Assembly (NCBI GenBank): GCA_005116955.1
Contig: SWDI01000002.1
Coordinates: 416,954 to 480,953 of the forward strand
From: Nitrospira sp.
Lineage (GTDB): Bacteria; Nitrospirota; Nitrospiria; Nitrospirales; Nitrospiraceae
Reading direction: 5' to 3'
Length of the DNA stretch: 64,000 nt
This document shows positions 37,209 through 46,204 of this stretch, in pieces. The stretch's first letter is position 1; each line of letters begins with the position of its first letter. The notes under the pieces were generated by a model, which had not been told where the DNA came from, did not search any database, and worked only from the letters and a program-made list of their open reading frames with translations. The position numbers and the translations under genes are program-made.

Positions 37209-38447
37209 ATGCCGGTCTATCAATACCAGGGCTACCGAAACGACGGTGGAACCACGACCGGGATCATTGATGCGGAGAACCCCAAGGTCGCCCGCCTCAA
37301 ACTCAGGAAAGAGGGCGTCTATCCGACCGATGTTGTCGAGCAGGGCCAAGCCCCGACCCACTCGCAAGAACAATCCCGCGGCCGCACCGAGCGATCCATC
37401 GGCCGATCGGCCACTCTCGCCTCCACCGACCTGGCCCTCCTGACCAGGCAGTTTGCGACACTCCTCGTAGCCGGCCTTCCGTTGGTCGAAGCCCTCGGCG
37501 TCTTAGTGGACCAAGCCGAGAAGAAACCCATCAAGGCGCTCCTCGCCGATATCCGAGAGCAAGTCCGGGGAGGAAAAGCATTGAGTGCCGTCTTGGAGAC
37601 GTACGAGAAGGATTTCTCTCCGATCTATGTGCACATGGTACGAGCCGGCGAGACCAGTGGCGCGCTGGATCAGATTCTGTTCCGGCTCACGGAGTTCTTG
37701 GAGAAACAACTGGCCCTGAGGAATAAAGTCACCAATGCGATGCTCTACCCGCTCATCATGCTCGTGATCGGGTCGGCGATCCTCTTTTTCCTCATTACGT
37801 TTGTCGTTCCCAAGATTACGATGGTGTTCGCGCAACAGAAACAAGCCTTGCCCTGGCCGACGGTCGCCTTGATGTCCATCAGCCAGTTCTTTGCCGACTA
37901 CTGGATGATATTGGTCGGGGTTCTCCTCGGAGGCCTCTATATGGCGCGACGATTCATTCGAACCGGTGCCGGTCGCATGATGGCGGACCGGATGATCCTG
38001 AGACTCCCCTTGATCGGAGACGTCGCGCGGATGGTGTCGATTTCCAGACTCACCAGCACATTGGCCACGATGTTGGCCAGCGGGGTTCAGCTGCTCGACG
38101 CGATGGATGTCTCGAAACGCGTCATGAACAATCGCGTGCTGGAAGAAACGGTCGAAGCGGCACGGCAGAACATCCGCGAGGGCGAGACGATCGCCGATCC
38201 GCTCAAGCGAAGCGGCGAATTTCCAGCCCTGGTCACCCACATGATCGCCGTCGGTGAAAAGAGCGGTGAAATGGAGGAGATGTTGCGCCGAGTGAGTCAG
38301 ATCTACGACGGAGAAGTGGAACGGGTCATCGCCCGCTTGACCTCGCTCATGGAGCCGGTCATGATCCTGGCCATGGGTACCGTCGTCCTCTTCATCGTCG
38401 TCGCGATTCTCTTGCCCATCTTCGAAATGGGCCAGATGGTTCGATAA
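37209..38447 (+). CDS. gspF: Type II secretion inner-membrane platform protein
   Basis: The start is placed at MPVYQYQGYRNDGGTTTGII, the classic GspF/PilC opening. There are two T2SSF repeats and three hydrophobic segments. Confidence 0.9.
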   Translation: MPVYQYQGYRNDGGTTTGIIDAENPKVARLKLRKEGVYPTDVVEQGQAPTHSQEQSRGRTERSIGRSATLASTDLALLTRQFATLLVAGLPLVEALGVLVDQAEKKPIKALLADIREQVRGGKALSAVLETYEKDFSPIYVHMVRAGETSGALDQILFRLTEFLEKQLALRNKVTNAMLYPLIMLVIGSAILFFLITFVVPKITMVFAQQKQALPWPTVALMSISQFFADYWMILVGVLLGGLYMARRFIRTGAGRMMADRMILRLPLIGDVARMVSISRLTSTLATMLASGVQLLDAMDVSKRVMNNRVLEETVEAARQNIREGETIADPLKRSGEFPALVTHMIAVGEKSGEMEEMLRRVSQIYDGEVERVIARLTSLMEPVMILAMGTVVLFIVVAILLPIFEMGQMVR

Positions 38448-38505
38448 GACAGTCTTCTGTGAAGGGGTGAGGCGTGATAGGCAGAAAGGAACAGGGAGGC
38501 ATTCG

Positions 38506-39063
38506 ATGAGCACACGAGAGCAGCACAACAATGGACCCATGATCATGATGTGGAGAAGAATGCCGGGGGCTTCCAGTCTTCACCCAGCACTCAGCACCCA
38601 ACACTCGTCACGCCGTCGTATCTACGAGGAACAGGCCTTCACCTTCATCGAGATCATGGTCGTCGTGGCCATCTTGGCCATTCTCGCGGCCCTGGTCGTC
38701 CCACGCATCATGGGCAGGACGGATGACGCCAAGCGCACGGCGGCCAAAGTCCAGATTCGCAATATCGAGGGGGCGCTGCAACTCTATAAACTGGATAACG
38801 GTGTCTATCCCTCGACAGAACAGGGCCTCAAGTCGCTCGTTGAAAAGCCCTCTGTCGGAGTGATCCCGAAGAAATGGAAGCTCGGAGGATACCTGCCCAA
38901 GCTGCCGGAAGATCCCTGGAGCAATCCCTACAAATATCTCAGCCCGGTCCAACGAGGAGAGTACAAAGTGGAGTATGAAATCACCTCCCTTGGAACGGAC
39001 GGCGAGGTCGGTGGCGAGGGTGTGAACGCCGACATCACCAATTGGAACCTCGACAAAGAATAG
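38506..39063 (+). CDS. gspG: Type II secretion major pseudopilin
   Basis: The mature part FTFIEIMVVVAILAILAALVVPRIMGRTDDAKRTAAKVQIRNIEGALQLYKLDNGVYPSTEQGLKSLVEKP...LPEDPWSNPY...GTDGEVGGEGVNADITNW is closely GspG-like. The ATG at 38506 has GGGAGG 6 nt upstream, but the start, and therefore the leader length, is uncertain. Confidence 0.85.
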   Translation: MSTREQHNNGPMIMMWRRMPGASSLHPALSTQHSSRRRIYEEQAFTFIEIMVVVAILAILAALVVPRIMGRTDDAKRTAAKVQIRNIEGALQLYKLDNGVYPSTEQGLKSLVEKPSVGVIPKKWKLGGYLPKLPEDPWSNPYKYLSPVQRGEYKVEYEITSLGTDGEVGGEGVNADITNWNLDKE

Positions 39064-39070
39064 GAACGTA

Positions 39071-39760
39071 ATGGTCACCGGTTATTGGTCGCTGGAGAGG
39101 ACATCCGCGCGTGGCGGCTCATGCCGTCCCGTATGCCTTCATCCATCCGCCTCACCCTTCATCGCTCACCCTTTACGCGTGGCAACAGGCTTCACCATTC
39201 TCGAAATGCTGATCGTCCTGTTTCTCCTAACCGTTGTCGTGGCCGTCGTCTTCCCTCGAATTAGTCTTACCGAGGACTTGAGTCCCACAGGGCGGAAACT
39301 GGTCGGCGTCCTTCGAACCGTTCAAGGGCTGGCGGCCACGAGCCAAAAGCCCCTGAAGCTCTACCTCGACATCGATCAGGGAACCTACTGGATGATGCTG
39401 GTCGAGGGCAAGGAAGAGCGGATCCCGCTTGATCCTGCCTGGAAGATCCCTCGTGCGCTCCCGGAATCAATCCGATTTACGGAGGTCTCCATCGGCCAAG
39501 ACAAACGATTTTCCGGACGTGTCGACGTGTCCTTCTTCGCCAATGGCCGGATTGAGCCGATCACACTGTATCTGACGGATGCGAAGAACAATCTCTTGGG
39601 ACTGGCGGTCGATTCATTGACAGGAGGAATTCGGGTCAGCGACGAACGACTCGACCCTCCACTGAACCCAATCATCCCCGACCGAGTCCGGTTGCTCTTG
39701 AAGGCAAACCAGCAAGGAGGAGCAGGAGCCTCGCAGAGAGGGTTGGTTCCGAACCAGTAA
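39071..39760 (+). CDS. gspH: Minor pseudopilin GspH-like
   Basis: Prepilin motif ATG|FTILEMLIVLFLLTVVVAVVFP. A GTG at 39179 would give the short leader (M)ATG; the ORF opens at 39071. Size and position after gspG fit GspH. Confidence 0.7.
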   Translation: MVTGYWSLERTSARGGSCRPVCLHPSASPFIAHPLRVATGFTILEMLIVLFLLTVVVAVVFPRISLTEDLSPTGRKLVGVLRTVQGLAATSQKPLKLYLDIDQGTYWMMLVEGKEERIPLDPAWKIPRALPESIRFTEVSIGQDKRFSGRVDVSFFANGRIEPITLYLTDAKNNLLGLAVDSLTGGIRVSDERLDPPLNPIIPDRVRLLLKANQQGGAGASQRGLVPNQ

Positions 39761-39769
39761 TAAATTCCA

Positions 39770-40207
39770 ATGGCCCACGATGGACATCGAGCCGAGCCTA
39801 ACGAAGATGGATTCACGCTACTCGAAGTGCTACTCGCCATCGCCCTGCTGGCGATCGCGCTCCCGATTCTGCTCGGCCTCAGAAATTTCGACCTGGGACT
39901 TCAAGAGAGAGCGTCCGAACTAACCTCCGCCACCCTGTTGGCCCAGGAGAAACTATTGGAGACCGAACTTTCAGGACAATATGCCATCGGGGAAACCAGC
40001 GGAGAGTTCCTGAACCTCCCGCTTGGTGCACAAACCGCCATCCAAGCAGTTCCGAGAGCGATCGGGTACAGATGGAAACGGACGATCGCCCCCACTCCAT
40101 TGGAGTTGGTTCGGGAAATCCGGATCAAGGTTTCGTGGCTACGAGGCGAGTTTGAAGAATCAATAGAGGTCAGCACCTATGTCTTTGCCGGCCGTTCCAC
40201 ATTCTAA
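39770..40207 (+). CDS. gspI: Minor pseudopilin GspI
   Basis: 145 aa. The leader MAHDGHRAEPNEDG|FTLLEVLLAIALLAIAL and a small C-terminal beta domain ending IRIKVSW are typical of GspI. Confidence 0.75.
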   Translation: MAHDGHRAEPNEDGFTLLEVLLAIALLAIALPILLGLRNFDLGLQERASELTSATLLAQEKLLETELSGQYAIGETSGEFLNLPLGAQTAIQAVPRAIGYRWKRTIAPTPLELVREIRIKVSWLRGEFEESIEVSTYVFAGRSTF

Positions 40208-40802
40208 ATCCGACGCGGGCTTTACGCTCGTCGAAGTCATGGTGGCCGTGGCCTTGCTCGGCATGATCGGCGCCATGGTCTTCGGGTCGCTTGTCATGAC
40301 GACGAGAGCCGTGGAGGCCGGACGAGACCATGTGGCGAAGGAACAAACAATCAGACGAATATTGCGTCTCATGGCCGAAGAAATCGCGCTCAGCAAACGC
40401 ACTCCCCAGTACCCGTGGGTGGGAACGAACGGGACGCAGGACGGGCAACCGGCCGACATCCTCGCCATCCTCGCGATGAGTCAGGAATTGAGCACGTCGA
40501 CCGTCAAGGAAAGCGAGACGGTTCGCGTGGTGTACACACGAGAACGAGATCGGCTGATTCGGTTCGTCCGCCGAAATCTCTATACGCTGACGGATACGCA
40601 TGAGTCGTTGAGCCAGATGGAATTGGCCGACCGTGTCCACGCGTTCAACATTCGCTATTACGACGACCAGAACCGGATCTGGATTGACGAATGGCCGGCG
40701 GTCTCAAAAATCCCCAAGGCCCTGTTGATCGAAGTGACGTTTCAATACCCCGATGCCGATCCATGGACGGTGCGGGAATGGGTGACGATCGGCGCATCAT
40801 GA
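40179..40802 (+). CDS. gspJ: Minor pseudopilin GspJ
   Basis: 207 aa. The leader is ...SDAG|FTLVEVMVAVALLGMIGAMVFG. The C-terminal FNIRYYDDQNRIWIDEWP...LLIEVTF is typical of GspJ. Confidence 0.75.
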   Translation: MSLPAVPHSKSDAGFTLVEVMVAVALLGMIGAMVFGSLVMTTRAVEAGRDHVAKEQTIRRILRLMAEEIALSKRTPQYPWVGTNGTQDGQPADILAILAMSQELSTSTVKESETVRVVYTRERDRLIRFVRRNLYTLTDTHESLSQMELADRVHAFNIRYYDDQNRIWIDEWPAVSKIPKALLIEVTFQYPDADPWTVREWVTIGAS

Positions 40803-41683
40803 CCATCAAATGGCCTGAAGCATGGCGAGAAATCCTGGCGTGGACGGGAGGGGGAATCTCCATCCTGGTGCTGTGCCTGATCGCGACGTTCCCGTACGGA
40901 ATGCTCCAGGCACGGATCGTTGCGGAACTCACGCGGGCCACGGGGATGGACGTCCGAGTGACCGATTGGACAGTGGGCCTCCCACCGGGTCTTGAATGGC
41001 GAGACATCACCTTCTCGAAACCGAGCTGGACCCCGATCCAGTTGGCCGCGATGCACGCCAAGCTCGGCGTCACATCCGCGTTAAGCGGCACGCTCGGGCT
41101 CGATATCGTCGCAAAACTGACGGAAACCGCGTCCCCGACAGACCTCGCGAAAGCCACCATCACGGCCTCGTCACTGTCCTTCGACGGCCCCATCACGGTC
41201 AAGGGACAAGTGCAACACGTGGACCTGTCCAAACTCCTCCGTCGCTACGTCACGCACGGCACGCTCACCGGCAACTTCTCCCACCGCATCGACTCCGGCC
41301 AGGCAACCGTCACCGCGATGAAGGGGGAAGGCACGTGGACGGCCGAGGCGACGGACCTAGTGATCGATCAGATTCCGCTCGGAAACGGGCGCACCCTGTC
41401 GCTCACATTCAGCCAGGTCTCGGCCGGACTGGCATGCCGCGACCTCCGTTGCGATGTGACGCAACTGAAGGGCGCGGGCATCGACGGTTCCTTTACAGGC
41501 GAAGGATACCTCACCCTCCAACAGCCCATGCAACAGAGCCACGTGAATCTCACGGTGACGGTCGTCCCCGGCCCCGGATTTGCCTCAAAAGCCGGTACAC
41601 TGGGCTTTCCCTCACCCCCGCCTGGAACGCCCATGACCGTCAAGATTGTCGGGACCTTGGCACAAGCGAGGATTGCATTGTAA
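40799..41683 (+). CDS. Bitopic membrane protein, GspN-like candidate
   Basis: The ATG at 40799 overlaps the gspJ stop (ATGA). The product is MTIKWPEAWREILAWTGGGISILVLCLIATFPYGML (single TM) followed by a ~250-aa periplasmic beta-rich region. Size, topology and operon position suggest T2SS protein N. The family was not verified. Confidence 0.4.
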   Translation: MTIKWPEAWREILAWTGGGISILVLCLIATFPYGMLQARIVAELTRATGMDVRVTDWTVGLPPGLEWRDITFSKPSWTPIQLAAMHAKLGVTSALSGTLGLDIVAKLTETASPTDLAKATITASSLSFDGPITVKGQVQHVDLSKLLRRYVTHGTLTGNFSHRIDSGQATVTAMKGEGTWTAEATDLVIDQIPLGNGRTLSLTFSQVSAGLACRDLRCDVTQLKGAGIDGSFTGEGYLTLQQPMQQSHVNLTVTVVPGPGFASKAGTLGFPSPPPGTPMTVKIVGTLAQARIAL

Positions 41684-41695
41684 AGTAGTTCGAAA

Positions 41696-41743
41696 GTTTC
41701 AGGTTCCAAGTGTCATGTTTCGCGTATTCCGACAACATGACAC
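41696..41743 (+). repeat. Heptamer-family motif plus 10-bp perfect hairpin between the gspN-like gene and gspL
   Basis: GTTTCAGGTTCCAAG (41696-41710) is followed by the stem GTGTCATGTT (41710-41719), which pairs with AACATGACAC (41734-41743). Confidence 0.5.
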
Positions 41744-41776
41744 TCAGAACGAGAAAGATGAGACTCACGTAGATTC

Positions 41777-43360
41777 ATGTCCATTACAAACGAATGTGTC
41801 GGGCTGGACATTGGGCAAACGGGCTTGAAAGCCGTGCGTTTCCGCCGCCGTCTGAGCGGGCGCGAAACGATCGATTACTTTCAACAGCCCCTGCCGTTTT
41901 CCCGTCCCGAGGATCTCGAACCGGCTCGACGCGTGCAGTCGCTGCGCGGGTTCCTCTGGCGTAACGGACTCTATGCCACCGACCGATTGGTGACCGCGAT
42001 TCCTTGTCAGGATCTGTTCGTCAGAACGCTCTCCTTCCCCTTCAAGGATTCGACCAAGCTCGCTCAAGTCGTCCCCTTTGAGGTCGAGAATCTCGTTCCG
42101 ATGCCGCTCGAAGATCTCGCGATCGGAAGCCTGATCTTACCGCCCGGACATACAGCGGAAGGCCTGGCCCGCGAAAGCAAGGGCTCGGAGGTCCTGGTCA
42201 CGGCCGCACCGAGAGACAAGGTCGCGGAGCATCTCCGATTTCTGGCCCAAGCCGATGTGGAACCCTCGGCGATCAATGTCGACGCAATGGCCCTCTTCTC
42301 CGTTACGCAATATCTGCAAGAAGAAGGAGCCGCCGTCCCGCAAGACCTCGCCATCATCGACGTCGGAGCTTCGAAGACGACACTCTGCCTGGTGCAGGGA
42401 GGACGCCCCCTGCTCCTCCGAACGATCCTGTGGGGCGGCAATCATCTGACGCATGCCTTGGCCGTCCGGCACGCCTGTAGTTTCGCCGACGCAGAGCGTC
42501 TGAAGCGGACGATGGCCGTCGATCAAGTAGGCGGGTTGTTGGAGCCCATCCTGAAAGAGCTCCGCATCACCTTGCAGGCCCAGCTGGGCAACGAGCGCAG
42601 CCGCTTGACCCACTGTTGGGTATGCGGAGGCGGGGCAAAACTTCAAGAAGTCGGCGGTTACCTCTCGCGACAATTGGGACTCTATCCAGTCGGCCCGCGA
42701 CAGGGATTCGGAGCCGACACCCCACGGGCATTTTCCATCGCGTTCGGCTTGGCGATTCACCCCAAGATCATCCGGCCGCGATGGCGCTTCGCGTCGGCGC
42801 CCATGGAGCTCGCGCTCGATCTCAAAGGCGTCACCGACGCAGCGTCGCCGGACAGCGCCACAACCAAGCAAGACCGTCGCCTGGCAATCGCCGCCGGTCT
42901 GGTCATTGCCATCCTGGCGATCGTGGATTTCTCGATTCACTTCTGGCTGCACGACCAGCGGGTCGCTCGGCTGAAAACGACACTGCACAGCCAGTATGAG
43001 CAGTTCTTTGGACCGGGCACGGCGCCAGGAGAAGAGCTCGATCAAGCCCAGTACCGCATCGGAGTCCTGGATAAAGCACTCGGCGCCGTCGATACGGCGG
43101 AGGGCAAGGTCTTGCACACGCTCTCAACGTTCGTGAAACAACTCCCGCCCGGAACGACGGTCAAGGTGCGCGAACTGACCGTCGACGGAACGACCGTCCT
43201 CATGGAGGGTGAGACGACCTCCTTCGACGCCGTGGAGCGACTCAAGCAAACCTTCGCCTCGAGCCCTCGATTGAAAGATGTCGCGGTGACGGAAACCCGA
43301 GTGGGCGCAGGCCCCAATCAAGTCGTCTTTCGAATCACGGTCACGGTGGAGAAGTCATGA
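41777..43360 (+). CDS. gspL: Type II secretion protein L (PilM-like actin-fold cytoplasmic domain + TM + periplasmic domain)
   Basis: 527 aa. The N-terminus VGLDIGQTGLKAVRF and IIDVGASKTTLCLV are actin-like ATPase phosphate motifs as in PilM/GspL. A single TM (LAIAAGLVIAILAIVDF) follows. Translation is coupled to gspM (ATGA). Confidence 0.7.
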   Translation: MSITNECVGLDIGQTGLKAVRFRRRLSGRETIDYFQQPLPFSRPEDLEPARRVQSLRGFLWRNGLYATDRLVTAIPCQDLFVRTLSFPFKDSTKLAQVVPFEVENLVPMPLEDLAIGSLILPPGHTAEGLARESKGSEVLVTAAPRDKVAEHLRFLAQADVEPSAINVDAMALFSVTQYLQEEGAAVPQDLAIIDVGASKTTLCLVQGGRPLLLRTILWGGNHLTHALAVRHACSFADAERLKRTMAVDQVGGLLEPILKELRITLQAQLGNERSRLTHCWVCGGGAKLQEVGGYLSRQLGLYPVGPRQGFGADTPRAFSIAFGLAIHPKIIRPRWRFASAPMELALDLKGVTDAASPDSATTKQDRRLAIAAGLVIAILAIVDFSIHFWLHDQRVARLKTTLHSQYEQFFGPGTAPGEELDQAQYRIGVLDKALGAVDTAEGKVLHTLSTFVKQLPPGTTVKVRELTVDGTTVLMEGETTSFDAVERLKQTFASSPRLKDVAVTETRVGAGPNQVVFRITVTVEKS

Positions 43361-43905
43361 CGCAGAGCTTTCGAGAACGCTGGCGCCAGATGTCGCAGCG
43401 TGAGCGCACCCTTGTCCTAGCAGGCGGCATCGTGCTTGGCCTCAGCCTCCTCTTTATCTTGATCGTCGACCCTCTGTTGGACACCCTGGACCGCCTCGGG
43501 CGCCAAGAGATTCGAAAGCAGAAAGAGCTGGCCGAACTCACGGTGCTCGGCCAAGCCTATCTCACCAAACGAGAGCGCCTGACCAAGACCGAGAGTCGCA
43601 TGCCCGGAGCCGACAGCCATTTCTCCCTGCTGACGTTCATGGAGGAAGCGGCTACCACCGCCCATGTGCGCGAGCGCATCACCAGCATGCAGCCGCAAGT
43701 CCAATCGCTGGCGCAAGGCTACGAAGAAACGGCCGTCGATCTCCGATTGGACGGCATCCAATTGCCGGACTTGTTGGCATTACTCGTGGCCATTGATCAA
43801 GCCCCGTACGACCTTCAGGTTCGCCACCTGCAGATCCGCCCAAAATTCGACAATCCGGTCAATCTCGACGCAACCGTGCGGGTCTTGAGCTATGCGAAAA
43901 GCTGA
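43357..43905 (+). CDS. gspM: Type II secretion protein M
   Basis: 182 aa. The N-terminal WRQMSQRERTLVLAGGIVLGLSLLFILIVDPL (TM) and the size and position after gspL fit GspM. Confidence 0.7.
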   Translation: MTQSFRERWRQMSQRERTLVLAGGIVLGLSLLFILIVDPLLDTLDRLGRQEIRKQKELAELTVLGQAYLTKRERLTKTESRMPGADSHFSLLTFMEEAATTAHVRERITSMQPQVQSLAQGYEETAVDLRLDGIQLPDLLALLVAIDQAPYDLQVRHLQIRPKFDNPVNLDATVRVLSYAKS

Positions 43906-44836
43906 TGAACGAGGCGTCGCACTGCTCTTAGCCCTGCTGGTGCTCACGCTGCTCACCGCCATGATTCTTGAGTTCGATGCGGAAGCGCGCCGTGAATACC
44001 GAGCCGCCGCCGCCTTTCGGGACGACTACAAAACAGGCATGCTGACCCGAGCCGCCGTGCAGGCCGCGCGAGCCGTGCTGCTGCAGGATCTCTTGCGTGA
44101 GAAGACGACGGGGCAGAAATACGATGCGCCGACCGATATCTGGGCCATGCCGATCAAGAACTATCCGATTGGGGACGGATTCCTGACCGCGCAGATCCAG
44201 GATGAGACCGGAAAATTCAACCTGAACGACCTCGCCTCGGCTACGGGAGGCGACATTGAACAGAAAAAGAAAATCCTCCGAGCCAAGCGATTGTTCGAGC
44301 TGCTCAGGGTCAGCCCCACCCTGATTGATGCGCTCATTGATTGGGTCGACCAGGATGAAGTGCCTCAGCCGGCCGGTGCCGAGAGCCTCTACTACCAATC
44401 GTTGAGGCCACCCTATCGGTCCGCGAATAGCCCGTTACCTGGGCTGGGAGATCTCCGGCTCATCAAGGGATTCACGCCGGAAATTATCGAGCGGATCTCC
44501 CCCTACGTAACGGTTTTCCCACAAGAGGGAGGCGTGCCGATAAACCTCAACACCGCGGATCCCATCGTCCTTCAGACGCTGGATCCAAGTGTCACCCAAA
44601 CCGTTGCCATAGAGATCGTCCAAGGACGCCCATACAAGACGAAAGTGGAACTCGATCGAGTGAGCAGCTTTCAAGAGATCGGTCGAACACTCAGAAACGA
44701 CTATGATATCAAATCTGACTACTTCTCCGCGCGCCTCGCCGTCACCGTGAACGAAACAACCAAGGCCTCATGGGCCGTCCTGAAGCGAGACGCCAGCAAG
44801 GGCGAGACGACAGTCGAATATCTACGGATTCTCTAG
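43892..44836 (+). CDS. gspK: Type II secretion minor pseudopilin K
   Basis: 314 aa. ERGVALLLALLVLTLLTAMILEF is followed by ...KFNLNDL...LIDWVDQDE...INLNTA, which are typical T2SSK motifs. Confidence 0.8.
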   Translation: MRKADERGVALLLALLVLTLLTAMILEFDAEARREYRAAAAFRDDYKTGMLTRAAVQAARAVLLQDLLREKTTGQKYDAPTDIWAMPIKNYPIGDGFLTAQIQDETGKFNLNDLASATGGDIEQKKKILRAKRLFELLRVSPTLIDALIDWVDQDEVPQPAGAESLYYQSLRPPYRSANSPLPGLGDLRLIKGFTPEIIERISPYVTVFPQEGGVPINLNTADPIVLQTLDPSVTQTVAIEIVQGRPYKTKVELDRVSSFQEIGRTLRNDYDIKSDYFSARLAVTVNETTKASWAVLKRDASKGETTVEYLRIL

Positions 44837-44840
44837 GAAT

Positions 44841-44918
44841 GTTTTCAGGTTTGAGGTTTCAGGTTCCAAGTTGTCGAGGCCTCTCTCAACATGAAACGTG
44901 AAACGTTGAACTTGCAAC
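44841..44918. repeat. Imperfect palindromic element built from inverted heptamer repeats, at the convergent T2SS / signalling operon junction
   Basis: The left arm GTTTTCAGGTTTGAGGTTTCAGGTTCCAAGTTG contains tandem GGTTT(C/G)A units. The right arm CAACATGAAACGTGAAACGTTGAAC contains tandem (C/A)(G/T)TGAAAC units. The arms can pair, making it a likely bidirectional terminator. Confidence 0.55.
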
Positions 44919-45818
44919 TCAGCCCATCGGCACCGTGATCGTGACCTCATTTCCCCGTTCGTTGTAAGTCAGACTGGGAAAGAAGGCTCGCGTCAGTAGA
45001 ATCCCTCGACCGCTCGTGCCCTCGGATTCGCGCATCTCCTGAGATCGCGTCAGCATAGTCCGCCACGGGAATCCCTTTCCCTCATCGGTGATTCGGTACT
45101 CCAAGTGGTTGTGACTCCGCTCGTGAAATACACGGATCATCACGCGGCGTGCGCTGAGGCGAGACTGCGCCAAGCGTTGAGCCAATAACTGATCATAACA
45201 ACCGTCGGCCATGGCCTCCCGTTTTTCACGATCCTGAATCTCCAGATTCCCATGTTCAACGGCATTAAAGAGCAACTCTTGCAGCGCACCCTGAATATGG
45301 ATTCTCTGGACCGGCGGTAATGCGGAAGCGGTCATCTTGAGGAGCCACGAAATAACCCCGGGGATATTCGCAGGATCCGTATCAACGGTTAATTCATAGT
45401 CAAATTGTCGAGCCCCTGGCACGTCCAGGGGATGACAGGGCAAGAAGTCCTGAGCCCGCTGCAGCACAGAGGACAGCTCTTCTTCGGCAATCGGCTTATG
45501 CAGATAATCGATCGCCCCGCCACGCAGGGCCTCGACAATAAGCGGTTCCGGCGCATTGTGCCCCATGACAATCACCGGACATGGCTCATGCCGAGCCTTG
45601 AGTTCCTTGACCAATGCCAATCCGGCACCGTCCGGAAGAAACATGTCGGTGATCACAATATCAGGAACGACCTCCTCAAGCTTGGCCATCGCAGCCACGG
45701 CGTCCGGGACGCTCACAACCGAAAACCCTCTGTCTTTCGCATAGTGCGCAATACGAGATTGCGTCTCCAAACAAGGATCAATGACCAAGAGATGATCAGC
45801 TGGTAGTGGCAGATTCAT
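44919..45818 (-). CDS. Response-regulator receiver fused to an RsbW/SpoIIAB-like HATPase (anti-sigma-type serine kinase) domain
   Basis: The ATG at 45818 overlaps the Hpt stop (ATGA). REC features are LLVIDPC...DIVITDMFLPDGAG...YLHKP. The C-terminal ELLFNAVEHGNLE...YRITDEGKGF...GRGILLTRAF are the N, G1 and G2 boxes of HATPase_c_2-type kinases. Confidence 0.7.
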   Translation of the reverse strand: MNLPLPADHLLVIDPCLETQSRIAHYAKDRGFSVVSVPDAVAAMAKLEEVVPDIVITDMFLPDGAGLALVKELKARHEPCPVIVMGHNAPEPLIVEALRGGAIDYLHKPIAEEELSSVLQRAQDFLPCHPLDVPGARQFDYELTVDTDPANIPGVISWLLKMTASALPPVQRIHIQGALQELLFNAVEHGNLEIQDREKREAMADGCYDQLLAQRLAQSRLSARRVMIRVFHERSHNHLEYRITDEGKGFPWRTMLTRSQEMRESEGTSGRGILLTRAFFPSLTYNERGNEVTITVPMG

Positions 45819-46174
45819 GCGGCCATCCCTTTGTCGGACACCTGACGAAGCGCGATGAGAAGCCGCTGGACTTCCTGCTCCAAGGTGGCATATAGCTGTC
45901 CGCCGTTCGCTAGATTTCCCGCTTTCGCGGACTCTTCCAATTCTTTGCAGGCATGAAGAGCAGCCGGAGCGCAAAACTGGAGAAGGGCGCCCTTCAACTT
46001 GTGGCTCGATCGCGCGACACCCGGCGCGTTTCCAGCGTCTAAGGCCGATTGCGCCTCCACCAAGTCCTTCGGACCATGCTCTATAAACAATTCGATCATC
46101 ATCTGGAACGTCTCTCGGTCATCATCGACGCGGGCGAGGGCCTCATCAAAGCTGAAGACAGGATCCTGACTCAT
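45815..46174 (-). CDS. Histidine phosphotransfer (Hpt) protein
   Basis: 119 aa. ARSSHKLKGALLQF is the Hpt phospho-histidine motif (H-x-L-K-G). A strong GGGAGGAG RBS lies upstream. Confidence 0.85.
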   Translation of the reverse strand: MSQDPVFSFDEALARVDDDRETFQMMIELFIEHGPKDLVEAQSALDAGNAPGVARSSHKLKGALLQFCAPAALHACKELEESAKAGNLANGGQLYATLEQEVQRLLIALRQVSDKGMAA

Positions 46175-46204
46175 GAGATCACTCCTCCCGAACTATCCCA
46201 GCGG

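Noticed and set aside
40996-41688. 230-aa alternative-frame ORF overlapping the GspN-like gene
   Set aside because: It is extremely Arg/His/Pro-rich, has no start context, and shares the strand (in a different frame) with an ORF that is translationally coupled to gspJ and has a proper TM helix.
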